The notes below the pieces were generated by a model. That model was not told the origin of the DNA. It saw nothing but the letters and a program-made list of their open reading frames with translations, and made no database searches. A DNA stretch of 63,438 nucleotides, the filler included, from Actinomycetota bacterium (GTDB taxonomy: Bacteria; Actinomycetota; CADDZG01; JAHWKV01; JAOPZY01): NCBI GenBank assembly GCA_025963875.1. It is 6 parts of 6 records of this genome, joined end to end, with 100 filler letters (N's around TTAATTAATTAA, not from the genome) between each part and the next. Parts side by side here need not be neighbours in the genome. Positions count along the whole stretch, not along the records: positions 42,750 to 48,924 come from JAOPZY010000267.1; positions 49,025 to 60,085 come from JAOPZY010000024.1; 4 more parts are not named here. One strand, 5' to 3'. Positions 48,785-58,400 of the stretch are shown here, one piece after another (within the stretch, counting starts at the first letter, position 1; each line of letters starts with the position of its first letter). Made by a program: the position numbers and the translations under genes.

Positions 48785-48924
48785 ATGGCAAACATCAAGT
48801 CGCAGATCAAGCGCAACCGCACCAACGAGGCTGCCCGGAACCGCAACCGCAGTGTCCGCAGCGCCTTGCGCACCTACATCAAGCGCGTCCACGTGGCGCT
48901 GGACGCCGGCGACGTCGACGAGGC
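48785..48924 (+). CDS. rpsT: 30S ribosomal protein S20, 3' truncated
   Basis: [25 protein letters not shown]. Confidence 0.96.
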
Positions 48925-49024
48925 NNNNNNNNNNNNNNNNNNNNNNNNNNNNNNNNNNNNNNNNNNNNTTAATTAATTAANNNNNNNNNNNNNNNNNNNN
49001 NNNNNNNNNNNNNNNNNNNNNNNN
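48925..49024. other. Artificial contig linker
   Basis: N-run with TTAATTAATTAA. Confidence 0.99.
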
Positions 49025-49420
49025 GATGACGAACCGGGCCTCGGGGATCCCGCGGACGCCCTCGAGGACGGCGGCGTCCAGGTGGGCCGATGCCATGGCA
49101 ACCGCCCCGTAGGCGGCGGCCACGAGGACGAGGGCGGCGAACAGGTGGCCCTGCCAAGGCCGCTTCGCGAGCAGCTCCACGGTGCCGACGGCGAGGAACG
49201 GCACGTTGATCATCGCCCCGAACAGGTAGTAGATCCGGAACAACCCCGGCGTCCACCCGAGGCGGACGCCCTGGGCCGTGGCCAGCGTCGCCACCGCGAA
49301 CATCGCCAGCGCGGCGGTCCAGGCGAGCTGGTGCGGACGCCGCCGCTCGGCCCACTGGCGGCCCAGGAGGAAGGCGAAGGTGGTGCTGACGAGGGCTGCG
49401 CCGAGCGGGAAGGTCCACAT
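49025..49420 (-). CDS. Hypothetical polytopic membrane protein, 3' truncated
   Basis: Four hydrophobic segments, GW...FRIYYLFGA..NVP.LA.G. Confidence 0.7.
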
Positions 49421-49522
49421 AGCCGTGTGAGCCTACAGAGTACGCCGCTCGCCGGCTGGACCTTACCCGGCGCCTTGAGGGGCGCCTCGGGAGCGGCGCT
49501 CCTCAACCACTACAATGCGCCG

Positions 49523-50317
49523 GTGAGCAGTGACCTGGAGCGGCCCGCCCTCGCGTGCTCGACAGGCTCGTTCTGGATGTGGGACCTGGAACGCACCTTC
49601 GGCACCATCGCAGAGGCGGGGTTCACGTCCGTGGAGCTGATGATCACCCGGGACCCGCTCACCCAGTCCGCCAAGGCCCCTCGGGAGCTCGCCGAGAAGT
49701 ACGGGCTCAGCATCTGCGCCGTCCACGCCCCGATGCTCGTGGTCACCCGCCGGGTGTGGGGGCCGAACTTCCTCAACATCATCAACAGGTCGGTGGACCT
49801 GGCCCACCAGCTCGATGCCGGCGTGGTCGTCATCCACCCCCCGTACCTGTTCGAGCTGAAGTACCAGGCGTGGCTGCTGGGCGAGATGGAGCAGTACTGT
49901 CGGACCCGGGGTCTGTCGGTCGCGGTCGAGAACATGTTCCACCTGTGGGTGAAGGGCAAGGCGGTGCGCGGTCACCGGTGGCTCTCCCCGGAGGATCTCG
50001 ACAGCTTCCCCAACATCACGCTCGACACCAGCCACTGCGGCGTCGACGGGACGGACATCCTCGCGGCCCTCGACCGGGTCGGCCCGAATCTCTCCCACAT
50101 CCACCTCTCCGACAACCGGGGGGACCACCGGGACAACCATGCGCTCCCCGGCTCGGGGATCCTGCCCCTCGGCGAGTTCGTGAAGAGGCTCCCGGAGGTC
50201 GGCTACACGGGGACGGTCTCGCTCGAGCTCGACATGCGGGAGTGGATCCCCGACCCCGACCGGCTCGTGGGCCTGCTCGTCAGGGCCAGGGAGTTCACGT
50301 TGGAGCACCTCGGCTAG
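49523..50317 (+). CDS. Sugar-phosphate isomerase/epimerase (xylose isomerase-like TIM barrel)
   Basis: VHAP, VVIHPP, AVENM, LDTSH, HIHLSD, HALPG.G, LE. GTG lies 6 nt after TACAAT. Confidence 0.87.
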   Translation: MSSDLERPALACSTGSFWMWDLERTFGTIAEAGFTSVELMITRDPLTQSAKAPRELAEKYGLSICAVHAPMLVVTRRVWGPNFLNIINRSVDLAHQLDAGVVVIHPPYLFELKYQAWLLGEMEQYCRTRGLSVAVENMFHLWVKGKAVRGHRWLSPEDLDSFPNITLDTSHCGVDGTDILAALDRVGPNLSHIHLSDNRGDHRDNHALPGSGILPLGEFVKRLPEVGYTGTVSLELDMREWIPDPDRLVGLLVRAREFTLEHLG

Positions 50318-50327
50318 CGCGCAGGCT

Positions 50328-50618
50328 TCACCGGCGCATCCCGGTCAGCAGCCGAAGGAACAGCAGCAGCACCGTGGCCCCCACGAACGAGACGAGGACC
50401 GACCCCAGGAAGGGATGGCCCGCGGGCGTCGTGAGCTTCAGGCCGTGGAAGATCCACCCGCCGATCACCGCCCCGACGATGCCGACGGCGATGTTGAGCA
50501 GGCACCCCATGCGCTCATGGGTGCCCGCGACGAGGCTCGCCAGCCAGCCGGCCAGGCCGCCGACGACCAGCCAGAACAGGAGCAGGCTGAGCCCCTCCCC
50601 GCCTGCGGCTACCATCAT
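50328..50618 (-). CDS. GlsB/YeaQ/YmgE (transglycosylase-associated) membrane protein
   Basis: WLVVGGLAGWLA, G.LLNIAVGIVGAVIGGWI, SFVGATVLL. Confidence 0.9.
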   Translation of the reverse strand: MMVAAGGEGLSLLLFWLVVGGLAGWLASLVAGTHERMGCLLNIAVGIVGAVIGGWIFHGLKLTTPAGHPFLGSVLVSFVGATVLLLFLRLLTGMRR

Positions 50619-50648
50619 GGGATCAACTCCTGGAGGTCACCGTCACCG

Positions 50649-50753
50649 ATGCGTCCCAACACCATCTTCGCAGTCGTACTCCTGCTCGCCGCCATCGCCC
50701 TCGCCGGCGTCCTCGGCGTCATGCAGGTCAGCCACGTTCTGTCGCACCACTAG
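50649..50753 (+). CDS. Possible 34-aa single-TM small protein (MRPNTIFAVVLLLAAIALAGVLGVMQVSHVLSHH)
   Basis: Fills the intergenic gap, GC-ending codons, GGAGG upstream, hydrophobic core. Confidence 0.5.
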   Translation: MRPNTIFAVVLLLAAIALAGVLGVMQVSHVLSHH

Positions 50754-51601
50754 AACCCCCCACTAGAACCCCCACTGGAACCAGAGGGCCCGATCAGCAC
50801 CTTGGAGCCCAGCGAGGCGCCGAAGTGGTCGGCGGCGCTGCCCAGGTTCACGCACACGGCCAGCTGGCCGTGGGAGTCCTCGGTGACCACCGGTTCCGCC
50901 GGCGGCACGGAGGAGAAGGTCTCCCCGAAGGGGATCGTCAGGCGGTGGCCCTCGATGCCCACCGCCAGCAGGCTGCCGGCCGTCATCCCCGCCTCGGCTG
51001 CCGCAACGGCATCGACGTTGACGCTGAGGTTGCCGAACCGGTCGACGTGGGTGACGGCGGCGTGGAAGTGGCCGTCGTGCAGCCGCGGCATGGCGACCCG
51101 CAGCGAGACGAGGCTCTCCACGGCAAGCTCGGTCCCCAACTCCTCCGGCGCCACCCCGAGGGCGAGGTGGGCGGCGGCGGGGGCGAAGATGTCCCGGCCC
51201 TGGAAGGTCCTCGAAGGGTTGGGCGCCCTGAGCTCAGGGTTCTCCAGCTTGCGGGCCGAGGTGGCCCCGCCCAGCCTGGCAGCCGCAGGGACGAGCAGGC
51301 CGTTGTCCGGCCCGACGAGCCACGACCCGTCCGCTGCCTGGACGGCAATCGGGAGGCGGCCGGCCCCCACGCCCGGATCGACGATCGCAAGGTGGACACC
51401 GACCGGCAGGTAGGGGACGGCCTGGGCGAGCACGTTCGCCCCCTCCCCGATGTTCTGGGGGCGGATGCCATGGCAGACGTCGATGACCGTCACCTCGGGC
51501 GCGATCCGGAGCATGACGCCGTGGCACACGCCCACGAACTCGTCGACGAGTCCGTAGTCGGAAAGAAAGCTGATTGTGCGATACCGGTAGTTGCTCACCA
51601 A
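50750..51601 (-). CDS. SAM hydroxide adenosyltransferase / fluorinase-chlorinase family (DUF62)
   Basis: FLSDYG..D.FVG, HLAIVDPGVG, VGPDNG, TFQGRDIFAP.AA, VDRFGN. Confidence 0.92.
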   Translation of the reverse strand: MVSNYRYRTISFLSDYGLVDEFVGVCHGVMLRIAPEVTVIDVCHGIRPQNIGEGANVLAQAVPYLPVGVHLAIVDPGVGAGRLPIAVQAADGSWLVGPDNGLLVPAAARLGGATSARKLENPELRAPNPSRTFQGRDIFAPAAAHLALGVAPEELGTELAVESLVSLRVAMPRLHDGHFHAAVTHVDRFGNLSVNVDAVAAAEAGMTAGSLLAVGIEGHRLTIPFGETFSSVPPAEPVVTEDSHGQLAVCVNLGSAADHFGASLGSKVLIGPSGSSGGSSGGF

Positions 51602-51620
51602 CTCCGCCCCCGAAGACCTC

Positions 51621-51722
51621 CTAGCGACCGAGCTGCCGGCGCTGCCAGCGGGTCTTGCGGAGCATCTTCTTGTGCTTCTTCTTGCGCATCTTCTTCCGGC
51701 GCTTCTTCACCACCGACGACAT
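51621..51722 (-). CDS. 30S ribosomal protein bS22 (below the ORF track cutoff)
   Basis: MSSVVKKRRKKMRKKKHKKMLRKTRWQRRQLGR with GGAGGGTGA upstream. Confidence 0.92.
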   Translation of the reverse strand: MSSVVKKRRKKMRKKKHKKMLRKTRWQRRQLGR

Positions 51723-51737
51723 CTGCTCACCCTCCCT

Positions 51738-52634
51738 CTATTCGGGCCCGAAGAGCTCCCGAACCGTCACCCTGCCGATAACCTGGCCCTCCGTCGTGAT
51801 CCGCACCGTCCCGAGCAGCAGACCGCGTGCGGGCTCCGCCACCGAGGAGACCATCCGCAGGACCATCTCCTCCTGGTCGAACTCCAGCACGCCGATCCCC
51901 ATGCACGAGCCCTTGCCGTCATCGAGGCCCACCATCAGGCCGTCCAAACGGGCGGGGTCGATCTCGGGCGGAAGCGTCGGCATGAACACCGTCGGCTTCA
52001 CGCGCCAGCGCGAGAGCGGCGGAAGGAAGTATGACCGCAACCGGGCCTCCCGGTACGAAGCGCGCTCCTCGACGAAGCGCTCGCGGGCGCCCGGCGCCAC
52101 CTTCAGGGCGGTGACCGGGATCGAGAAGAAGCGGGCGACCGTCGACAGGATGGGCTCCAGCTCCTCGCCCCGCTGGAAGCCGACGACGGCATCGGGGCGG
52201 ACGAGCTGCAGCTTCCGGTACTTGAGGACCTCGGCGTAGACGCCCGAGATGTACGCGCTCGTGTCGACGACGATGAGGTCCGCCTCGCTCTCGCGGGCGA
52301 GGGCGACGAGGTGGGCGGTCGCGGTGGCCAGGGCAAAAGCGTGGCCCTGCGGGGTGACGGACCCCACGAACCCCAGCGCATCGGCGGCGGCGATGGTCTG
52401 CGCGTCCACGCGCTCCAGATCCTGACAGAACTTGAGTCCCACGCAGCCGGGAGGGCCGACGGTGGAATTGTCGATGTCGGCATCGACGTAGGCCACGCGC
52501 CTTCCGCGCTTGCGGGCCGTCTCGGCGATGCTGAGCCCGAAGGTCGTCTTGCCGGTGTCGATACCGCCGAGCAGCACCACGCAGCCGCCGGTGATCAGGC
52601 TCTCGACGATCTCGGCGTGCGACACGACCGTCAT
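51738..52634 (-). CDS. Clp1/Grc3-like polynucleotide 5'-kinase (P-loop)
   Basis: GGIDTGKTT, VDADI..S.VGPPG.VG, FVGSVTP, VVDTS, lid-like ER..YRE.RL.SYF. Confidence 0.8.
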   Translation of the reverse strand: MTVVSHAEIVESLITGGCVVLLGGIDTGKTTFGLSIAETARKRGRRVAYVDADIDNSTVGPPGCVGLKFCQDLERVDAQTIAAADALGFVGSVTPQGHAFALATATAHLVALARESEADLIVVDTSAYISGVYAEVLKYRKLQLVRPDAVVGFQRGEELEPILSTVARFFSIPVTALKVAPGARERFVEERASYREARLRSYFLPPLSRWRVKPTVFMPTLPPEIDPARLDGLMVGLDDGKGSCMGIGVLEFDQEEMVLRMVSSVAEPARGLLLGTVRITTEGQVIGRVTVRELFGPE

Positions 52635-52905
52635 CTCTGCGCGTTCCTCCCACATAACGAGGCGTTGTTGTTCGCTGTCTCGGCCTACCCCGCTCCCCGA
52701 CCGGCCCGACGTGGCCCCAAGTCGGGCACCGTGGGCCGGCGCTGGATTGTACGGCAACGCGCGGCAGGCCGGTGAAGTCCAAAATGGAGGCTGCCGAAAG
52801 ACGTGCCTTGACCACGACAAACCTCTATGATCCGTAGTGCGGTAGTATCAGGGAGTTGAGGATGATCGTCCAGGTCGCGGAATTGATATCCCAAAGGGGG
52901 GTTGT

Positions 52906-53142
52906 ATGGCTGAGGTAAGGGAGAACGAATACCTGCTGGCAGCACAGGTCGCCCGTCTGCTCCACGTTTCACCGAAAACCGTCTCGCGTTGGGCCAAGGA
53001 GGGCAAGCTTCCGTACGTCCGGACCCTCGGTGGGCATCGCCGTTTTCCCGGTGCGCCCATCCGCGAGCTCGCTGAGCGGTTGGCTTCCGAGTCGATGTCC
53101 ATTGAGGATGTACTCGGACAGAGCCCCGCAGCGCAGGGCTAG
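52906..53142 (+). CDS. BldC-family (excisionase/MerR-like HTH) regulator
   Basis: QVARLLHVSPKTVSRWAKEGKL...RTLGGHRRF. Confidence 0.88.
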   Translation: MAEVRENEYLLAAQVARLLHVSPKTVSRWAKEGKLPYVRTLGGHRRFPGAPIRELAERLASESMSIEDVLGQSPAAQG

Positions 53143-53271
53143 CCCCGCTCGACGCTTGACGGCCGGGCACTGCGGGAGCCCGGCCGTTCAGCACCTTCGT
53201 CGCGGGCCGAGAAGGCCCCCGAGGTGATCGTCGCCGCCTGAAGGCCCTCCGCCCCACGGTACCGTGGCAGG

Positions 53272-55563
53272 GTGGATCTCGAGAGCCTCCTGATCGCCGC
53301 CTCGGCCGAGCTCGAGAGCGGCGGTCTCTGCAAGCTGGTACGCCTACCGGCGCGTCCCGGTGCCGCCGTCCAGCCCGACCCGCCCCTGCCCGAACCGCTG
53401 GCCTCGCGCCTGGCGGCCATGGGGGTGGGGGGTCTGTGGACGCACCAGGCCGAGGCCCTGGCAGCCGCCCGGGCCGGCCGCCACGTGGTCGTCTCGACCG
53501 GCACGGCCAGCGGCAAGAGCTTCTGCTTCAACCTCCCCGTCCTCGAGACGCTGCTCGCCGACCGCAAGGCGAGGGCCCTCTACCTCTACCCCACCAAGGC
53601 CCTGGCCCAGGACCAGCTGCGCGCCATCCGGGCCTTCGCCATCCCCCAGGTCAGCGCCGCGACCTACGACGGCGACACGCCGTCCGCCGAGCGTCCCCTC
53701 GTACGCCGCTACGCCCGTATCGTCCTGTCCAATCCGGACATGGTGCACTACGGGATGCTCGATGCCCACGCCCGCTGGACGGAGCTGTTCGGCCACCTCG
53801 CCTACGTGGTGGTCGACGAGGCCCACACGCTGCGGGGGGTGTTCGGCAGCCACGTCGGCTGCATCCTCCGGCGGCTCCGGCGGGTCGCCCGCCACTACGG
53901 GTCGGACCCGAGGTTCATCCTCACGTCCGCCACCATCGGCAACCCCGACGACCTCGCCGAGCGCCTCGTCGGCGTCCCGTTCACCGCGGTGAGCCAGGAC
54001 GGCAGCCCCCGGGGCGAGCGGCTGTTCGCCTTCTGGAACCCGCCCTTCAAGGACGAGACCTCCGGCTCCCGGGCGTCGTCCAACTGGGAGTCGGCCCGGC
54101 TGCTCGCCACCTTCGCCGACGAGGGGATCCGATCGATCGCCTTCACCAAGTCGCGCAAGGCCGCCGAGCTCGTCGCCAAGCACGCCAAGACCATCGCCGG
54201 CACCCCCGGGACCCCCGACCGGATCCGGGCCTACCGGGCGGGGTACCTGGCGAGCGAGCGGCGGGAGATCGAGCAGGCGCTGTTCTCCGGCGAGCTGCTC
54301 GGCGTCGCGGCGACCACGGCCCTCGAGCTCGGCGTCGACGTCGGGGGCCTCGATGCCGTCGTGATGAACGGGTTCCCCGGAACCGTCGCCCAGGTGTGGC
54401 AGCAGGCGGGCCGGGCCGGGCGGTCCGGCGAGGAGTCCGCGGCGGTGCTGGTGGGCCACGAGGACCCGCTCGACCAGTACTACCTGTCGCACCCCGACGT
54501 CCTGCTGGCGAAACCCTTCGAGGCGGCGCTCGTGGACGTGACCAACCCCCGCATCCTGGAGCCGCACCTCGGCTGCGCCGCCCACGAGCTGCCGATGGCG
54601 CCGTCGGAGGTGACGGAGACGTTCGGCGAGGGAGCTGCTCCCGTGGCGGACGCCATGATCGAGCGGGGCGACCTGGCGCAGCGCAAGGCTCGGGCAACCG
54701 GCCAGCCGCGGCTGCACTGGCGCCGGCGGGAGCCGCCCGGGCGGGAACTCGACCTGCGGTCGCTCGGGGGCGAGGCGTACCAGATCGTCGATGCCGCCAC
54801 CGGCGCCCTGCTCGGCACGGTCGACGGGGCGAGGGCGTTCGGTCAGGTGCACCCCGGGGCCGTCTACCTGCACCAGGGGGAGAGCTTCGTCGTCGTCTCA
54901 CTGGACGTCGAGGCTCGGGTCGCGCTTGTCGAGGGCGGATCCCCGGCGTTCTACACCCAGGCCCGGCAGACCTCCGACATCCGGGTCGTGGCGTCGACCG
55001 CCGAGCGCCGCCTGGGAGCCGTGGCGTGCTCTCTCGGCAGGGTCGACGTGACACAGCGGGTGGTCGCCTACGTCCGGCGCTCGATCGCCAACGGCGAGCT
55101 GCTGGAGGTGGTGCCGCTCGAGCTCCCGGAGCAGACGCTGCCCACCGTGGCGTTCTGGTACACGGTGCCCGAGGACATCGTGCGGGCCGCGCGGATCTGC
55201 CCGGCCGACCTGCCCGGGTCCCTCCACGCCGCCGAGCACGCCGCCATCGGGGTGCTGCCCCTGTTCGCCATGGCCGACCGCTGGGACATCGGCGGCGTGT
55301 CGACCGCCCTGTCCATGGACACGGGGCTGCCGACGGTCTTCATCTACGACGGGTACCCGGGGGGCATCGGCATCGCCGAGCGGGGCTTCGCCCGCTGTGA
55401 GGACCACCTGGCGGCGACGCTGGACGTCGTGGCCAACTGCCCGTGCGAGGCGGGGTGTCCCTCCTGCGTCCAGTCGCCGAAGTGCGGCAACGGCAACGAC
55501 CCGCTCGACAAGGCGGGGGCGGTGCGCCTGATGCGGACGATCCTGGGGTCGCCACCGAACTGA
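53272..55563 (+). CDS. DEAD/DEAH helicase with DUF1998 Zn domain (MrfA/SftH/Hrq1 type)
   Basis: TGTASGKS, PTKALAQDQ, DEAH, SAT, ALELGVD, QQAGRAGR, C-terminal CPCEAGCPSC. Confidence 0.94.
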   Translation: MDLESLLIAASAELESGGLCKLVRLPARPGAAVQPDPPLPEPLASRLAAMGVGGLWTHQAEALAAARAGRHVVVSTGTASGKSFCFNLPVLETLLADRKARALYLYPTKALAQDQLRAIRAFAIPQVSAATYDGDTPSAERPLVRRYARIVLSNPDMVHYGMLDAHARWTELFGHLAYVVVDEAHTLRGVFGSHVGCILRRLRRVARHYGSDPRFILTSATIGNPDDLAERLVGVPFTAVSQDGSPRGERLFAFWNPPFKDETSGSRASSNWESARLLATFADEGIRSIAFTKSRKAAELVAKHAKTIAGTPGTPDRIRAYRAGYLASERREIEQALFSGELLGVAATTALELGVDVGGLDAVVMNGFPGTVAQVWQQAGRAGRSGEESAAVLVGHEDPLDQYYLSHPDVLLAKPFEAALVDVTNPRILEPHLGCAAHELPMAPSEVTETFGEGAAPVADAMIERGDLAQRKARATGQPRLHWRRREPPGRELDLRSLGGEAYQIVDAATGALLGTVDGARAFGQVHPGAVYLHQGESFVVVSLDVEARVALVEGGSPAFYTQARQTSDIRVVASTAERRLGAVACSLGRVDVTQRVVAYVRRSIANGELLEVVPLELPEQTLPTVAFWYTVPEDIVRAARICPADLPGSLHAAEHAAIGVLPLFAMADRWDIGGVSTALSMDTGLPTVFIYDGYPGGIGIAERGFARCEDHLAATLDVVANCPCEAGCPSCVQSPKCGNGNDPLDKAGAVRLMRTILGSPPN

Positions 55564-55565
55564 GC

Positions 55566-57050
55566 CTACTCGTCCATCTGGGCCTTCTGGACCTTGCCGG
55601 AGAAGTCCACCGAGACGGCCTTCCATTCGGTGAACTCGTCGAGGGCCTGGGGGCCGGCCTCCCGGTGGCCGTTGCCGGTGCCCTTCATCCCGCCGAAGGG
55701 CAGCTGCACCTCGGCCCCGATGGTGGGGGCGTTCACGTAGACGACGCCGAACTCCAGCTCGTTGATGGCGATGAACGTCGCCCCGATGTCGCGGGTGTAG
55801 ATGGCGCACGACAGCCCGTACTCGGTGGAGTTGGCGATCTCGATGGCTTCCTGGAGGGTCGAAGCCGCGATGATGCCCGTCACCGGGCCGAAGATCTCCT
55901 CCTGGGCGATGCGCATCCCGGGCGTCATGTTGTCGAAGACGGTGGGCTCCAGGAAATTGCCCCGCTCGTAGCCGGGGCCGGTCAGCTCGTGGCCGCCGGT
56001 CAGCACCACGGCCCCCTCCTGCGTCCCGACGCCCACGTACTCCAGCACCCGCTCCTTCTGCTTGGCGTTGATGAGCGGGGCGAGCTCGACATCGGGCTCC
56101 AGCCCCGAGCCCACTTTCATGGTGGCGACCCGCTCCAGCAGGCGCCGCGTGAACTCGGCCCTCACCTCGTCGGTGACGATGAGGCGGCTCGTCGACGTGC
56201 AGCGCTGCCCGCTCGTGGCGAACGCTCCCCACGCCGCTGCCTCCACCGCCAGGTCGAGGTCGGCGTCGGGCATGACGATGAGGGCATTCTTGCCGCCGAG
56301 CTCCAGCGAGCAGCGCTTGCCGAGGCGGGCGCAGACCTCGGCGACGATGGTGCCGACCTCACGGGATCCGGTGAACGACACGACGTCGATGCCCGGGTGC
56401 TCGACGAGGGGCGCCCCTGCCTCCTCGCCGAGTCCGTGCACCAGGTTCAGCACGCCGGGCGGCAGGCCGACCTCCTCGAAGAGCTGCACAAGGATGGTGG
56501 CGAGCAGCGGCGTGTCCTCGGCGGGCTTGAAGACCGCGGTGCACCCGCACACGAGGGCGGGGGCGATCTTCCAGAGCGGGATGGCGATGGGGAAGTTCCA
56601 GGGGGTGATGAGCGCCGCGACGCCCGCCGGGTGACGCACGGTCATCGAGAACTTGCTCGGCAGCTCGGCGGGCATCGTCAGGCCGAAGAACCTCCGGCCC
56701 TCCCCCGCCATGTAGTGGCAGAAGTCGATGCCCTCCTGGACGTCGGCCCGGGTCTCCCGGAGCGTCTTGCCCATCTCCCGGGTCATCAACCGGGCGAGCT
56801 CCTCCTTGCGCTGCTCCAGGATCAGGCCCACCCTGAGCACGTAGTCGGCCCGCTTCGGGACCGGCGTGCGGCGCCAGGCGGGGTAGGCGGCCCGGGCGGC
56901 CTCGACCGCCCTGGCCACGTCGTCGGCGGCGGAGGCGGGGAAGGTGCCGAGAACGTCGTCGTGGTCGGCGGGGTTCAGGCTGGTGAGGGTGCGCCCGGAG
57001 GCCGCGTCGACCCACCGCCCGCCGACGTAGTTGCGATGTTCGCTGTCCAT
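55566..57050 (-). CDS. Aldehyde dehydrogenase
   Basis: ITPWNFP, FTGS, LELGGKN, GQRCTS, EEIFGPV, PFGG.K. Confidence 0.95.
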   Translation of the reverse strand: MDSEHRNYVGGRWVDAASGRTLTSLNPADHDDVLGTFPASAADDVARAVEAARAAYPAWRRTPVPKRADYVLRVGLILEQRKEELARLMTREMGKTLRETRADVQEGIDFCHYMAGEGRRFFGLTMPAELPSKFSMTVRHPAGVAALITPWNFPIAIPLWKIAPALVCGCTAVFKPAEDTPLLATILVQLFEEVGLPPGVLNLVHGLGEEAGAPLVEHPGIDVVSFTGSREVGTIVAEVCARLGKRCSLELGGKNALIVMPDADLDLAVEAAAWGAFATSGQRCTSTSRLIVTDEVRAEFTRRLLERVATMKVGSGLEPDVELAPLINAKQKERVLEYVGVGTQEGAVVLTGGHELTGPGYERGNFLEPTVFDNMTPGMRIAQEEIFGPVTGIIAASTLQEAIEIANSTEYGLSCAIYTRDIGATFIAINELEFGVVYVNAPTIGAEVQLPFGGMKGTGNGHREAGPQALDEFTEWKAVSVDFSGKVQKAQMDE

Positions 57051-57102
57051 GGGTCCTTGTGCAATCGTACCCGCCGTCAGACGACCGGCGTCACCGCCGG
57101 CG

Positions 57103-57783
57103 TCAGACGGGGGGCCAGGGGAACGAGCGGCCAGGGCCGGGGGCCGGGAAGGCTTCGGCGTCCAGGACGGCCGTGCAACGCCGGCGCAGGATCTCCACCT
57201 CGGCAGGGTCGAGTAGTCCGGCCAGCACCGGCGCAAGGTCCCCCTGCAGGGCGGCACCGAGGCGGCGCAGGCATGCCCGGTCGGCTTCGGCGATGGGCTC
57301 CCCGGCAAAATCCCAGAGGACGGTGCGTAGCTTGGGCTCCACGTGGAAGCAGATCCCGTGGTCGATCGCCCAGACGTTGCCCTCGGCATCCGGGAACACG
57401 TGGCCGGCCTTGCGGTCGGCGTTGTTGACGACGAGGTCGAACAGGGCGACGCGGCGGAGGTCGTCGGGGTGGGACTCGAAGAGGTCGAAGGCGGTGCACT
57501 CGAAGTCGTGGTGCACGAACGCCTGGACCGAGCCGATCCCCACGGGGCCATCCCGGAGCACCGTCGGCGGCACGAAGCCGAAGCCGCCGGCCCGGGAGAT
57601 CTCGAAGGCGGCAGCCTCCCGCTGGCAGAGCGTCCCGGAGGGGAAGTCCCAGAGGGGCGCCTCGCCACGGCGTGGCTTGTAGATGACGAGGCGCTCCGGC
57701 TCGTCGCCGGTTGCCTCTGCACCCAGGAGGCAGGCCAGGAACGTGTAGTTGGAGGCGCCGGGCATCAGGCCCAGCAGCTCCAT
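57103..57783 (-). CDS. SCO1664-family kinase-like protein (start uncertain, may extend to 57858)
   Basis: ASNYTF, YKP..GE.PLWDF..GTL..RE.AA, VPPTVLRDGP.G.GS.Q, FD.VVNNADRKAGH, IDHG. Confidence 0.88.
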   Translation of the reverse strand: MELLGLMPGASNYTFLACLLGAEATGDEPERLVIYKPRRGEAPLWDFPSGTLCQREAAAFEISRAGGFGFVPPTVLRDGPVGIGSVQAFVHHDFECTAFDLFESHPDDLRRVALFDLVVNNADRKAGHVFPDAEGNVWAIDHGICFHVEPKLRTVLWDFAGEPIAEADRACLRRLGAALQGDLAPVLAGLLDPAEVEILRRRCTAVLDAEAFPAPGPGRSFPWPPV

Positions 57784-57854
57784 GTCGCCCTCGAGGAGAT
57801 CTGAGGCCGGGGTCCCCTTGGGGGAGAAAGGAGAATCCCAATGACGGGCTTCCG

Positions 57855-58400
57855 TCAGACCTCCGTTCGGTGCCCGTTCGAGGCGAAGCACTGGTGGCCC
57901 TCCGGCTCCATCGGCACCCGGCACAGCGGGCAGATGGGCCGGCCCTGGGCGGCGACGACCAGGCCGTAGGCGCTCAGGGCCTCGAGCTGCGCCCGCGTGA
58001 TCCAGAAACGGGCGCTTGGGCCGCGGCCGACGCCGAGGTCGGGGGCGGCTTCAAGATCGGCGTCGTCGGCCCCCTCGGCGGGGGGGCGGCACTCGATGAG
58101 CACCAGGTCCCGGTCCTCGGCGTACCCGATCGCCATGGTGCCCACCCGGAACGCCGGCTCGACCGGCTCCTCCAGCGCCATGGAGTCGGCATCCCACTCG
58201 ATGGACTCCTCGGGATAGCCCGCCGACTTGAAGATCTCCTCGGTGCCCTCGCTCAGGGCGATGACGTGGTCCTTCTCGACGAGGAGCGTCACGCTGTCGG
58301 GCCCGGCGGTGGCCTGCAGGTAGAACGTGCGCCGGCCCGGGGGGCCGAGCGCGCCGAAGGTGATGCGGTCGACGGCGTCGAACTCGTACTCGTCGCTCAT
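57855..58400 (-). CDS. DUF3090 family protein
   Basis: G.PG.RTFYLQA, EK, LEEPVEP.FRVG, GRP.CPLC..P..P.GH.C...NGH. Confidence 0.88.
   Translation of the reverse strand: MSDEYEFDAVDRITFGALGPPGRRTFYLQATAGPDSVTLLVEKDHVIALSEGTEEIFKSAGYPEESIEWDADSMALEEPVEPAFRVGTMAIGYAEDRDLVLIECRPPAEGADDADLEAAPDLGVGRGPSARFWITRAQLEALSAYGLVVAAQGRPICPLCRVPMEPEGHQCFASNGHRTEV

Noticed and set aside
50748..50781. 12-nt tandem repeat CACTAGAACCCC
   Set aside because: A short slippage repeat encoding the SSGG tail of DUF62. No evidence of function.
50750..51601. Fluorinase/chlorinase for a halogenated metabolite
   Set aside because: Housekeeping context with no biosynthetic cluster. The widespread DUF62 SAM hydrolase is the simpler call, although TFQGRD differs from the common TFHGRD.
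52906..55563. Prophage excisionase or DISARM DrmAB defence system
   Set aside because: No integrase, methylase or other drm genes. BldC-like HTHs and single-chain DUF1998 helicases are ordinary chromosomal genes.
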